This document shows, piece after piece, positions 39,378 to 48,465 of a DNA stretch of 64,000 nt (position 1 is the first letter of the stretch; every line of letters starts with the position of its first letter). The stretch comes from Klebsiella phage KPN8, in the sequence record OP079919.1. The stretch is one strand, 5' to 3'. Position numbers and translations under genes: made by a program. The notes beneath the pieces were generated by a model that was not told the origin of the DNA, did no database searches, and saw only the letters and a list, made by a program, of their open reading frames with translations.

Positions 39378-40073
39378 ATGAAAAGAAATGTGTTCGTCGA
39401 AATGCTCGACAACGGAGTGAGGATAAGAGCGCTTTCGGAAGATGCTAAATCCACACTGATCGACCACACGTTCACCACTCAATCGTTGTTGACTTCCGAA
39501 CAGTTTCGGCGCCTAGTGGACATCGCAGAAGAGAATTGGGAGATCGAAAGTCAGTTTAGAAGATCTGTCCAGCTGTGTGTCCACTGGGGTGTGGTTACCA
39601 AGGAAATCGTAGACGGGTTAACTGAATACATCGGCGATCGTAAAGTTGCTGAACTGGGTTGCGGGCACGGTTATCTTCTTTCTTGTTTAAAAGAAAAAGG
39701 AGTCGATATCCGAGGATACGACCTGGGGATCGAATCAGGAGAGGCCGAAGAATGGTTGGGGTCTAAACTCGTAACTGATAAAAAGCACCATTTGTTTGCT
39801 TCTTATACTTCGGGCAATTATAACGAACTCTCGTTCGATTATTACGATATCATTCTCATGGTCTGGCCTCGTAATGCCGATCAAGCATTACTCAAAATGA
39901 AGCCTAGACAGACGCTCATTCTTATCGGGGAATTGGACGGCTGCACCGGAGGTCCTCTTCAAGAGAGGATTTTGAATGAGCGTTTTGAAGTCATAGAAGA
40001 AAATTTCTTAGGGAAGCATTATATCCGCTGGGATGGACTCCACGACAAGATTAACATTTATCGTAAAAACTGA
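39378..40073 (+). CDS. SAM-dependent methyltransferase-like protein
   Basis: Motif I VAELGCGHGYLL, with an acidic motif-II-like DIRGYDL 18 aa downstream. Substrate unknown. Confidence 0.5.
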   Translation: MKRNVFVEMLDNGVRIRALSEDAKSTLIDHTFTTQSLLTSEQFRRLVDIAEENWEIESQFRRSVQLCVHWGVVTKEIVDGLTEYIGDRKVAELGCGHGYLLSCLKEKGVDIRGYDLGIESGEAEEWLGSKLVTDKKHHLFASYTSGNYNELSFDYYDIILMVWPRNADQALLKMKPRQTLILIGELDGCTGGPLQERILNERFEVIEENFLGKHYIRWDGLHDKINIYRKN

Positions 40074-40100
40074 CATCAACTTTATTTAGGGAAACGTATC

Positions 40101-40556
40101 ATGTCATTACTGAAAAACATCGTTATTAAATCTTCTTCTATTTCCGCCATCTGTGGGATTCCGACTTATAAGGATAAACCTTGCGCTTACACCAACGTGG
40201 GGTTCAATCGCAAACTTTACGGTACGGGCGTGGACTACGTCCTCGATAATTCGGATGGGATCCTCAAACAAACTAATCTGGATGAAACCAGTTCTGATCA
40301 GCCGACTAAGCTTAACGGTGTTTTCGTTATTAAACACATGACCGGGTTGGTTGACGGCAATTCCTGCGTAATCGGGGTTAAGGACGACGTCATCCTTTGC
40401 GTGGCGGACAACAAAGGACTTATCTGGACCCACCCCACCTGTTCCACAATGAGTATTCAGGATGAGTGTCTCAAAGAGGTGATGACTCCCGACGGATTCG
40501 AGCAGTATAAGTTGGGTCGTAAACGTCGCTTCTCTGACGATCTGGCTTTCTTTTAA
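40101..40556 (+). CDS. hypothetical protein
   Basis: TTTATTTAGGGAAACGTATCATG motif. The antisense ORF 40107..40850 is considered spurious. Confidence 0.5.
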   Translation: MSLLKNIVIKSSSISAICGIPTYKDKPCAYTNVGFNRKLYGTGVDYVLDNSDGILKQTNLDETSSDQPTKLNGVFVIKHMTGLVDGNSCVIGVKDDVILCVADNKGLIWTHPTCSTMSIQDECLKEVMTPDGFEQYKLGRKRRFSDDLAFF

Positions 40557-40568
40557 AGGAAACGAAAA

Positions 40569-40883
40569 ATGCACTCGCAGCTCACAACCATTATTGACAC
40601 GGTGGAAAGGGTCAAAAACGATCGGTTTAATCCCGAGACCTTCATCACCAGTCGAAAAGTAAGCACCAACGATATGGTGTTTTCTTACAGTTATCTTTTG
40701 GGTAATCTTTACATCAAAGGTGCGTTCGACGACGGCGAATTCGAAATCTTCAAAGATCACGCTACCTGGCAGGTTTGGATCTGGGGTGAAAAGAAACCGG
40801 ATCGCTGTCAGTTCTCCTGTCCTGAACACGGGTACGATAAAGTAAAACACTTTATCGAAACCACTTTCCCAGAAACGAAATAA
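40569..40883 (+). CDS. hypothetical protein
   Basis: SD AAAGGAAACGAAAAATG. Confidence 0.5.
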   Translation: MHSQLTTIIDTVERVKNDRFNPETFITSRKVSTNDMVFSYSYLLGNLYIKGAFDDGEFEIFKDHATWQVWIWGEKKPDRCQFSCPEHGYDKVKHFIETTFPETK

Positions 40884-40925
40884 CGTGGTTGGGGAGAAAC
40901 CTCCCCAGCTAATTAAGAGGCCGAT

Positions 40926-41402
40926 ATGGATACCATTTCAGTATTAACTCATCAAATTGTCGTCGTTCAAATGGATGAGGAAACACTCACTTTGAAAGAT
41001 CTTCGTCATGACGGCACGCTGGTCTTCAAGCACTTTGATGATAATTCCCCCCGAGCGACGTTGAATGATCTGAAAAGGTTATTTGAGGCGGGAGACCTCC
41101 TCCTGAGAATCAAAGGACATAATGAGATAGGTGTTTCAGAAGGGTTTGATTTTACTGGCTACGTCGAATTACACAACGTAGTCCTCACCGACCCAATTCT
41201 GGAAAACACGGATCTTCTTGACGTCAGCCTCCCTAACAACACTTTCTTATCGGTGCGCTTTGCTTCTCTAGAACGTGTCTCCACTGATGTCAAGTCAAAG
41301 AAAATCTTTTTGGCTTATGGGCTATATGCCGGGACTGATTTAACGACAGCTGGTGACATCAATCTCGTTAATGGTCAGCGGTGTAACTTGGATAGAATTT
41401 AA
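40926..41402 (+). CDS. hypothetical protein
   Basis: SD TAAGAGGCCGATATG. Confidence 0.5.
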   Translation: MDTISVLTHQIVVVQMDEETLTLKDLRHDGTLVFKHFDDNSPRATLNDLKRLFEAGDLLLRIKGHNEIGVSEGFDFTGYVELHNVVLTDPILENTDLLDVSLPNNTFLSVRFASLERVSTDVKSKKIFLAYGLYAGTDLTTAGDINLVNGQRCNLDRI

Positions 41403-41411
41403 GAGGTAGCC

Positions 41412-41804
41412 ATGATTACTGTCGATTTAACAATGGGTTGCGTGACTCGTCTGGGTCTAATCATCAACAGAATCCAAAATTATCCGCGTCATAAGGCCCT
41501 CAAAGATTTAGCTCCGCTATTTATCTTTGATGAAACCAATTGGTTTTACCCGCGTTGCGAAATAAAGTGGAATAACCCGGAAACCTTAATCACCTGGCTG
41601 GGGTTGGTGGCTGATGAATTTCCCGAAGTCGGTGAAGAAGTCGAATTGATCGTTCGTGCAATCGAGGGTAAAACGTCCGGTCGGGTCAGTGTTTTTGATT
41701 TACTCAATACCCCCACTCACCAACACCTTCTCCTGGTTTGGGATATCCATGAGAAAAAGACAACGGTTAAACATCCAGGCGGTGACCATCCCTTCTTTAA
41801 ATAA
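41412..41804 (+). CDS. hypothetical protein, paralogue family B (copy 2)
   Basis: See 37430..37795. Confidence 0.5.
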   Translation: MITVDLTMGCVTRLGLIINRIQNYPRHKALKDLAPLFIFDETNWFYPRCEIKWNNPETLITWLGLVADEFPEVGEEVELIVRAIEGKTSGRVSVFDLLNTPTHQHLLLVWDIHEKKTTVKHPGGDHPFFK

Positions 41805-41830
41805 TCCGTTTTTCTTTAGGAATTAACATC

Positions 41831-42208
41831 ATGTCTAAGTTATCATCTTCAGCGGTAAATGATTTATTTTGTGAGTGTTTGGCTGGATCAGAAGAAGATC
41901 CCGACGTAAAGGTCGTAGTGGGTATCGTAGGGGTCTTTATCTTCGATCCCGCTAAACTTATTGAAAACAAAGAAAGTATCGTTTCTTTTCTCATGGAGCT
42001 TCCTGAGAAATTTCAGGAAGAGAAAGGAGGCGGGTGGAGTTTCCTCGAAGCTTGTATGGATAAAGAGGGAAACCACTGGGCAGAACATCCAACCATCGAA
42101 CGGCTAATGGGTCTGGGAATCGCCATAGATAAAGTAGAATACGTTCTACCGCGCGAAATGTGGTCCGTCCTCCCAGGCGGAATGCCGTATTTTGTTATTA
42201 AGAAATAA
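41831..42208 (+). CDS. hypothetical acidic protein
   Basis: TTCTTTAGGAATTAACATCATG motif. Confidence 0.55.
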   Translation: MSKLSSSAVNDLFCECLAGSEEDPDVKVVVGIVGVFIFDPAKLIENKESIVSFLMELPEKFQEEKGGGWSFLEACMDKEGNHWAEHPTIERLMGLGIAIDKVEYVLPREMWSVLPGGMPYFVIKK

Positions 42209-42237
42209 CCAAACCTAACTTTTGAAAGGAACATCCA

Positions 42238-42696
42238 ATGAAAAGCATCGTTTTAGTTTTACTCTCTTTCTTTTCCGCTTCCGTATTTGCTGGCGCAATG
42301 GGAATGGTCGATCCTCTGGACGTTGTAGGCGATCGTTGCGCTCCAGGCGATATCGTCTTTTACGGTCAAACTGAAAAAGGACATAAAGAAGTTCTCGTCT
42401 GCCGTTGGGACAATGACGTCTTTTACTCCTACGGTAAGATCGGTCAGAAACCCGAGCTGTATCTTAAAGTCAATGTTCGCGATGTAAGGGCTCAGGTTGA
42501 AGACACCGACAACACCAGCGGCGAACAAGTCATCATCAAAAATGGTAACACGCTTTATTACGTTGGCGCGAAATCTTACTTCAACGAAGCTAAAGATGTG
42601 GGTTGGGTTAACGTTACCGATACCAATGGTAAAAAGATCGTTAACATTCCACTGGTAGGCAGCGGAACCATAAGCGACATTCGTAATCAATTTTAA
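42238..42696 (+). CDS. small secreted protein (signal peptide)
   Basis: MKSIVLVLLSFFSASVFA signal peptide. SD AAAGGAACATCCAATG. Confidence 0.55.
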   Translation: MKSIVLVLLSFFSASVFAGAMGMVDPLDVVGDRCAPGDIVFYGQTEKGHKEVLVCRWDNDVFYSYGKIGQKPELYLKVNVRDVRAQVEDTDNTSGEQVIIKNGNTLYYVGAKSYFNEAKDVGWVNVTDTNGKKIVNIPLVGSGTISDIRNQF

Positions 42697-42710
42697 CTGG
42701 GTGGGTTAAG

Positions 42711-43058
42711 ATGACTTATAAAGAGCTCAACGAACTACTCTCTACCAAAACACCGACCGAACAGTTTGTTTGGTTGGAAGCGGAAGTGAAACGTCTCGGT
42801 CTCGAGATCACTGATAAGCGCCACGCTGATTGGATTACTGAAGGAAAGCAAGATCCTTTCGGAGGACGGTATGATGACGATGACCGCGCGCATCAATCTC
42901 AACATACCGACTATGATGTAGGGAACGCCGTTTACCTGGCGGATCGGCACGACCTCAGTCTCATCGCTCAACAAACCGAAGCTAAAGAACGCATCCGCTG
43001 GCTATCCCGGCAGTTGTATAAACATCGATTAATCCAGGCTATCCTTTTAGCCGAATAA
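42711..43058 (+). CDS. hypothetical protein
   Basis: SD GGGTGGGTTAAGATG. Confidence 0.5.
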   Translation: MTYKELNELLSTKTPTEQFVWLEAEVKRLGLEITDKRHADWITEGKQDPFGGRYDDDDRAHQSQHTDYDVGNAVYLADRHDLSLIAQQTEAKERIRWLSRQLYKHRLIQAILLAE

Positions 43059-43071
43059 CAAAGGTATCACC

Positions 43072-43425
43072 GTGAAAAACATTTTAGGTCTCATCATCCT
43101 GTTCTTCCTGGCAACAACCCCGGCACGAGCCCACTTGTTTGGACCGGTGGACCAAGTCAACATCCGTGGTTACGAAACGACTCTGATCAACATGCGGTTA
43201 AAATCGGATCGTAACGACTACTACGCGTTTAGCGTCGGAGACGTCACTAAGGTGGACAGTAAGGGGAATCCGGTTAAGATGTACGTGATGGCTGGCATGG
43301 AAGCCATTTTCCCAATGACCATTAGTAATAAGTACATTAAAAACGACCACATCAAGATCTGTTCCTGGCCTCTTGATGCCCACTCGCAATTCACCGGAAA
43401 GGTATGCTTCGATGTTCGCGTATAA
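43072..43425 (+). CDS. small secreted protein (signal peptide, GTG start)
   Basis: MKNILGLIILFFLATTPARA signal peptide. Confidence 0.5.
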   Translation: MKNILGLIILFFLATTPARAHLFGPVDQVNIRGYETTLINMRLKSDRNDYYAFSVGDVTKVDSKGNPVKMYVMAGMEAIFPMTISNKYIKNDHIKICSWPLDAHSQFTGKVCFDVRV

Positions 43426-43807
43426 AACACTCATCATCCTCATTGCAGCGTTTTTCACTAACCTGGCGTTAGCTGACGCGCCCTACATGACTAACAACAC
43501 CGCCTCGTCTTCTGAACGAGTACAGGTCGGTGATGTAAGTTGCGATTCTTCTAAACCACAGTCAACTATTAATATAGGAGCTTACGGTAATAACGGCAAT
43601 CGTTACAGTTACGAAGATTCTGATAAAGGCGGGTTCGTATCCATCTCCATCCCTATCGGGGAATCTGCCGTAAAGACGGATTGCTCGCGCCTCTATGACT
43701 TAGGCGTGAAGATGAAAGAAGTTGAATTAAAACAGCGTGAAATGGCTGTTGCTGCTGCCGAAGAAAACCTTCGGCTCCAACAGCAGCGAGCTTTAGATTT
43801 CAAATAA
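43412..43807 (+). CDS. small secreted protein with C-terminal coiled-coil
   Basis: Start at MFAYKTLIILIAAFFTNLALA (signal peptide). Overlaps the upstream gene by 14 nt. C-terminal KEVELKQREMAVAAAEENLRLQQQRA. Confidence 0.5.
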   Translation: MFAYKTLIILIAAFFTNLALADAPYMTNNTASSSERVQVGDVSCDSSKPQSTINIGAYGNNGNRYSYEDSDKGGFVSISIPIGESAVKTDCSRLYDLGVKMKEVELKQREMAVAAAEENLRLQQQRALDFK

Positions 43808-43852
43808 CCAACCTTAACGTTATACCAACCAACCCAACAGGAAAATTCCTAA

Positions 43853-44344
43853 ATGAAAAAGATCATGATCGCTATTGCTCTTCTGTCTACCACAGCATTC
43901 GCCAACGCCGCTTCTGAGCAGGTATGGAACGCGTCTCTCACCAACAGCCAAATCACCTGCGGCATCGACTACACCGGCGGCACCCCGGTTGAAGGCGGTA
44001 TTCTTACTGCTAACGAAAGCGGGACGAATACGTCCAAAGCCATTTCCTTCACCCTGATCGCGAACACGCAAAACGTCAACTGGCAGATCACCGAAGCCAA
44101 ACTGGTTCAAAACACCGGCCGGTTTGATTTCAGCGATAACCTACTGAGCGTAAACGATAAAACCAAAACGTCGGTTTACATCAACGATCAGGAATACGCG
44201 TGGCCTGACGCCGCTCAAGCTAAAGCGTTGGCGAGCAATTCTCGCGTGATCAAACTGGCGCCGAAAATCAATCTGGAACAGTCGGTCTTCCCGGTCGGGA
44301 CAACCCGCATCCAAGGCAAGATTGTGATCAACTGCATTCAGTAA
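43853..44344 (+). CDS. secreted protein with atypically high GC / host-like codon usage
   Basis: MKKIMIAIALLSTTAFANA signal peptide. Third-position G/C-rich codons, unlike its neighbours. Followed by the terminator at 44365..44389. Confidence 0.6.
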   Translation: MKKIMIAIALLSTTAFANAASEQVWNASLTNSQITCGIDYTGGTPVEGGILTANESGTNTSKAISFTLIANTQNVNWQITEAKLVQNTGRFDFSDNLLSVNDKTKTSVYINDQEYAWPDAAQAKALASNSRVIKLAPKINLEQSVFPVGTTRIQGKIVINCIQ

Positions 44345-44364
44345 TCGTCATCTACACATCTTCA

Positions 44365-44394
44365 ATAGGGGGAGATACTCCCCCTATTTTTTAC
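44365..44394 (+). terminator. terminator AATAGGGGGAG-ATA-CTCCCCCTATT plus T6
   Basis: Perfect stem plus T-run. Confidence 0.75.
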
Positions 44395-44413
44395 ACCCCT
44401 CACTTTTAGGAAA

Positions 44414-44818
44414 ATGCAAATGTCTACTATCTCTCAAAACTCAACTACTGATATGAACGGCAAAGTGACTTTTAATAAAGGCGCTTTCCCGCAGCTGATG
44501 ACCCCAACTTTCATGATCTTCATCTGGGCCTATCAGCCGGTTATGAACGCCATCCAGGGCTGGAACCCGGCCATCGGTTTCATCTTCGCCTTTGTCGTCT
44601 TCCTGATCTGGTTTTGTCATGACCGCGCATTCTTGGCTTCACAAGGTGCGTTCGTCCCTCACTGGCTTTGGTTCCTTTTCGTTCCGGTGTATATCTATAA
44701 ACGCCAGAAACGTAACGGTAATAGCCGTTGGTGGGTCGTCTTCTGGCTGATCAGCGTAATAATGGGGTTGGTGGTTTCCGCCGCCACTATGGCAGTATTC
44801 CATCCCCAGGGTTACTGA
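44414..44818 (+). CDS. integral membrane protein (3-4 TM)
   Basis: TTTTAGGAAAATGCAAATG motif. Hydrophobic segments. Confidence 0.55.
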   Translation: MQMSTISQNSTTDMNGKVTFNKGAFPQLMTPTFMIFIWAYQPVMNAIQGWNPAIGFIFAFVVFLIWFCHDRAFLASQGAFVPHWLWFLFVPVYIYKRQKRNGNSRWWVVFWLISVIMGLVVSAATMAVFHPQGY

Positions 44819-44823
44819 TTTCA

Positions 44824-44851
44824 TTTGTGAGGCGGAATTCCGCCTCACAAA
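44824..44851 (+). terminator. terminator TTTGTGAGGCGGAATTCCGCCTCACAAA plus T-rich tail
   Basis: Perfect 12-bp stem. Confidence 0.75.
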
Positions 44852-44893
44852 AACTCTCTTTTATTTTTTATTTATTTCTTAGGAATAAACATC

Positions 44894-45538
44894 ATGGCAA
44901 CTCCACGTAAAAAGAAACCCGCAACAAAAAACCGCATGACTTTCGAACAAAAACGTCTGTCTGAAATCATTAAGAAAGTCTATCACGAGCTCTATTTTGT
45001 CGGGGCGTCTTTTTATAAACCGACGGCGGTCAACGCCAACAAGCTCTTCTTAGGAGCTCAGGGTAAAGAAGTTCATACCGCGCGGCGAATTCTATTAGAT
45101 CATTTGATCAGCCTTAAGACGAACTGGCCTTTATGGGTTGGGTGTTTCTTCAATACCCCTAATGGAATCTCTGTGGCTACCGCAGACTCTTTATGGGAAG
45201 CAGAGACGATGTTATCCTTCGGGGGACAGTTCAATAAAAGAATAGAGACTGTGGTAGATGGCATCATCGAAGCTGAAAATGACCCCGACTGCACTCGGGA
45301 AACATTGATAGGCTACGGATATTTCTTTAGCCACTGCGACATCTACAACATGTCCGGGACAGACGAACGTTTAGTAAAACTGATGCTCCCCTATATGGAC
45401 AAGCATTTGGCTAAAGAAGTTAAACCAGAAGACGTCGTCGTTAGCACAGACCTTTTGATCGAATCAATAGTCAAGCGTGGTGGGGTCGCTAAAGATGGCA
45501 AAATCGAAGAATACATCGAGGTGTCGGAGGAGTGGTGA
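44894..45538 (+). CDS. hypothetical protein
   Basis: TTTCTTAGGAATAAACATCATG motif. Confidence 0.55.
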   Translation: MATPRKKKPATKNRMTFEQKRLSEIIKKVYHELYFVGASFYKPTAVNANKLFLGAQGKEVHTARRILLDHLISLKTNWPLWVGCFFNTPNGISVATADSLWEAETMLSFGGQFNKRIETVVDGIIEAENDPDCTRETLIGYGYFFSHCDIYNMSGTDERLVKLMLPYMDKHLAKEVKPEDVVVSTDLLIESIVKRGGVAKDGKIEEYIEVSEEW

Positions 45539-46086
45539 AACGATTATACCTGTTACTCATTTTGCTCGGATTAAGTTTTAGTAGTTTGGCCAGAGTCGAT
45601 ATCGTCCTGGTCTGTAATAAAGTTGGAGAGACCAAAGGAACTGGGGTTGTTAAACCGACTCTTTACAACACCGACATCAATTATTTTATAATTTCCAAAA
45701 ATAAAATATCGTTACTTAATGGGCGTTACGGCGGGGTTCTTATGGAACTGCCTTTTTTCCTTTATCATGATAAAGGAAAAATAGAGGGTAGTGGGACTGC
45801 TGGGTACGATAAGATCGATCTCGGTTTTACTAACGGCGACCTCGTCATAAACCTCACTAGGTTCACGAAATTCATAGCGACCCCGGATAACAAAGAGAAC
45901 AAAGTAGATAAAACGATTGAGTTCTCAGAGTGCTATATTTTGGATAGGATTATCACGCCTGAAGCAGAGGATGCAGTTCCTTTCTCTAAAAGCGATAATA
46001 GTGACACCAAAAGCAGAAGAGGTCCTGGTCCAGGTCCGGCTAATCCAGGTAGTCACCCCAACGGTCCTCCGGGACCACCCCGTTAA
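45532..46086 (+). CDS. secreted protein with Pro/Gly-rich C-terminal tail
   Basis: LYLLLILLGLSFSSLA signal peptide. C-terminal RRGPGPGPANPGSHPNGPPGPPR. Confidence 0.5.
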   Translation: MVKRLYLLLILLGLSFSSLARVDIVLVCNKVGETKGTGVVKPTLYNTDINYFIISKNKISLLNGRYGGVLMELPFFLYHDKGKIEGSGTAGYDKIDLGFTNGDLVINLTRFTKFIATPDNKENKVDKTIEFSECYILDRIITPEAEDAVPFSKSDNSDTKSRRGPGPGPANPGSHPNGPPGPPR

Positions 46087-46104
46087 TTACTCAAAGGAAA
46101 TATC

Positions 46105-46722
46105 GTGGAAAAAACTATTTTTGACAAGATCGTCGACTGGTCTACTGAACGTAATATCATCACCGCGGGGAAGCCTTCCGGCCAAGTCCTTAAAGTCATG
46201 GAAGAAATGGGGGAGATTGCTGGCGGCGTTGCACGCAACAAACTCGATTTGATCAAAGATGCGGTGGGTGACGTATTGGTCATCATGACTAACGTTGCGA
46301 AGATGTACGGGGTTGAGCCGTCTTCTGTTATTACCTTTGACGAAGAAGAACGAGGAGGGCATTTTGAATGGAGCGCTGGTACGATTGGGTTGATCGCGGA
46401 CATGTACGCCTTTTGGGGGGAAGCTTTTAGCCTTGTAGAAGATTACGACGTCGAGCGTAAATTTACCGACCTAGAAGCCGTCTATTATCCGGTGCTCAAC
46501 ATCCTTTATGAAATCTCCCGCCGTTATAACTTTACGTTGCAAGAAGCTGTCGAAGCGTCTTACGACGAGATTAAAGATCGTAAGGGGGTTTTCTATAATG
46601 ACGTCTTTGTTAAAGAAGCCGACTTCACTCCAGCTTGGGCGGTTGAGACGTTAGCGGATAAAGGTCTGTCGATGTCGGCTCGCGGATATCTCTCCCATTG
46701 GTTGGCGAGACAAGCCGGTTAG
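46105..46722 (+). CDS. MazG-like nucleoside-triphosphate pyrophosphohydrolase
   Basis: GTG start. VLKVMEEMGEIAGGVAR...LIKDAVGDVLVIMTNVAKMYGVEP fits the all-alpha NTP-PPase (MazG) EExxE / DxxD motifs. Confidence 0.6.
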   Translation: MEKTIFDKIVDWSTERNIITAGKPSGQVLKVMEEMGEIAGGVARNKLDLIKDAVGDVLVIMTNVAKMYGVEPSSVITFDEEERGGHFEWSAGTIGLIADMYAFWGEAFSLVEDYDVERKFTDLEAVYYPVLNILYEISRRYNFTLQEAVEASYDEIKDRKGVFYNDVFVKEADFTPAWAVETLADKGLSMSARGYLSHWLARQAG

Positions 46723-46768
46723 TAATCTTTGTGGGTGGGGTTTCCCACCCCCTATTTAGGAGAAAATT

Positions 46769-47044
46769 ATGGCTCAGGCGCCATCCATAGTTTATTATGC
46801 TGCACGCACCACACCGACGGGAATTCTTTTGGTTGGTCAGGATCCTGACACCAAAGAGGTTCGTAAGTTCGATGTACCTAAAGATAAGCTGAACGCCAAA
46901 TTAGGCGAGAAGTTTCGTTTGAGTTTCGGGGAGTTTCTCAGGGAAGATGAACCCGACCCGATTATCTTCAGGGTTCATGATCTGAGTAAACCCAAAAAGA
47001 AACTCAATCCAAATAAGAAACATGCTAAAAGGAAAAGAAAATGA
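46769..47044 (+). CDS. small protein with poly-basic C-terminus (KPKKKLNPNKKHAKRKRK)
   Basis: TATTTAGGAGAAAATTATG motif. Confidence 0.5.
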   Translation: MAQAPSIVYYAARTTPTGILLVGQDPDTKEVRKFDVPKDKLNAKLGEKFRLSFGEFLREDEPDPIIFRVHDLSKPKKKLNPNKKHAKRKRK

Positions 47045-47250
47045 TCACGGAGATAGTAACTATCGTACTATGTTACTTCGCCGGAGGGTGGTTTTTACAT
47101 TTACTCTGGTGGCGTAATCAGAGAGCTCCAAAAGAAGGCTACGTCAAAACGTTATTCAAAGCCTGGCTTAGTCCTATATGGCATCTGTTTATTCTTATCG
47201 GCCATGCGTTCAAACGGGTAAGTGAATTCTTTTTGGAAATCTTTAAGTAG
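47041..47250 (+). CDS. small membrane protein
   Basis: ATGA overlap. Hydrophobic. Confidence 0.45.
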   Translation: MITEIVTIVLCYFAGGWFLHLLWWRNQRAPKEGYVKTLFKAWLSPIWHLFILIGHAFKRVSEFFLEIFK

Positions 47251-47252
47251 TC

Positions 47253-47477
47253 ATGTTAGAATTTAAAATTAAATGTGTCAGAGGAAGACGGATGTATAAA
47301 CTGTTTTCCTTTTTAAGGGAAGTTCTTTACGGGAGAGGAGTGATTTCTTCTACAGTGATTGACTGGGAGTTGGGAGAAATCACTTTGAGTATCTTTGCGC
47401 CGGGAGAAGAAGAAACACTGACAGAAGAAATAAAACAGTATTGCGAACAACACAGCTCATTGACTTTTCTATCCTAG
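47253..47477 (+). CDS. hypothetical small protein (alternative start at 47292 with GAGGAAGACGG SD)
   Basis: ORF-track frame. Confidence 0.4.
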   Translation: MLEFKIKCVRGRRMYKLFSFLREVLYGRGVISSTVIDWELGEITLSIFAPGEEETLTEEIKQYCEQHSSLTFLS

Positions 47478-47501
47478 TCTATCTTTTTAGGAATTAACAT
47501 C

Positions 47502-47750
47502 ATGATGAATAGGTTGAGGTTAAGACTAAAGAAAAACCTTTCTAAGACCTATCGACAATCCATTAGGTTTGAATCAGATTACCGTTATAGGGTTATCGAC
47601 CTCGGCAATCATTTTCGTATTGAGAAAAGGATCTCTGGATATTGGATATTTGCGCACTGGATGCGTTTACCGGTTATCTTTAACACCTACGACAGGGCTA
47701 AGAACAAGATCATTATTCTCGGTATTCATCACACGTTTAAACTCGGTTAA
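47502..47750 (+). CDS. hypothetical small basic protein
   Basis: TTTTTAGGAATTAACATCATGATG motif. Confidence 0.5.
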   Translation: MMNRLRLRLKKNLSKTYRQSIRFESDYRYRVIDLGNHFRIEKRISGYWIFAHWMRLPVIFNTYDRAKNKIIILGIHHTFKLG

Positions 47751-47780
47751 TCGATTTATTACTAATTAAGGAAACAAAAA

Positions 47781-48203
47781 ATGTACTTATGGTTATTTCG
47801 CATTTTAATGGTGATCGCTGTTGCACTCAATCTTTACGGGACGTCGGTTGGTAGCGAACAAATCGTTTCGTTCGCTGACTGGCTATTTTTACTCTTCACG
47901 TCATTCACGATAGGTTGTTTTATCGCTTTGTGTTTAGTTTACGCCACCCTGTTCGCATCGGGCCAAAAGGTCAAAGATATGGCTAAGAATATCTTAGCTA
48001 AAAATGAAGAACGTAAGAAAAAATCATGGTACGGTCTCAGGGTATGTGTCGGTCGTATCTGGCTATTTGGTTTCATGGCGTTTATGGCTTACTCAGGTTC
48101 ACCTATTTTGGCTACGCTCAGCATCGTCTTCGTATTGATGTCATATGGGCTAAGTTCTTTGATCACGACAAAGGCAAAAGACGTTGTCGCTAAGGAGATT
48201 TAA
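47781..48203 (+). CDS. integral membrane protein (4 TM)
   Basis: SD TTAAGGAAACAAAAAATG. Hydrophobic segments. Confidence 0.55.
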   Translation: MYLWLFRILMVIAVALNLYGTSVGSEQIVSFADWLFLLFTSFTIGCFIALCLVYATLFASGQKVKDMAKNILAKNEERKKKSWYGLRVCVGRIWLFGFMAFMAYSGSPILATLSIVFVLMSYGLSSLITTKAKDVVAKEI

Positions 48204-48451
48204 TGGAGAATATCTCTTTCGGCGATTACCGAAGATCATTAGGGCTAACCAGGACCAATCCTAAGACCGATAAAGAATTCGCCGTTCCGGATCACGCAGA
48301 GCGTGTTTATGAGATACCCACGGAGATTGATGTTATCGAGGGCGGGGTAAAGCTTGAGTACATTAGCGGAAAGGGTCACGTGTACGCGACATATTGCTGG
48401 ATCGGCGATATGGGTTGGTGGCGCTGGGAAAGCAGAAATAAACCAAATTAA
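48203..48451 (+). CDS. hypothetical small protein
   Basis: TAATGG overlap with the upstream gene. Confidence 0.45.
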   Translation: MENISFGDYRRSLGLTRTNPKTDKEFAVPDHAERVYEIPTEIDVIEGGVKLEYISGKGHVYATYCWIGDMGWWRWESRNKPN

Positions 48452-48465
48452 CTTTAGGGAATATC

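Noticed and set aside
40107-40850. 247-aa open frame on the - strand, antisense to two + strand genes
   Set aside because: The + strand genes carry the conserved initiation motif and fit the unidirectional operon structure. The antisense ORF has no SD or motif and is most simply a stop-free frame created by codon bias. The same reasoning applies to 42259..42690 (-), 17209..17721 (-) and the other short antisense ORFs inside spike genes.
43853-44344. Assignment of the GC-rich secreted protein to a fimbrial-subunit family
   Set aside because: Only a signal peptide, beta-rich composition and terminal Cys positions support it. No donor-strand or conserved pilin motif could be verified by eye, so it is left as unknown.
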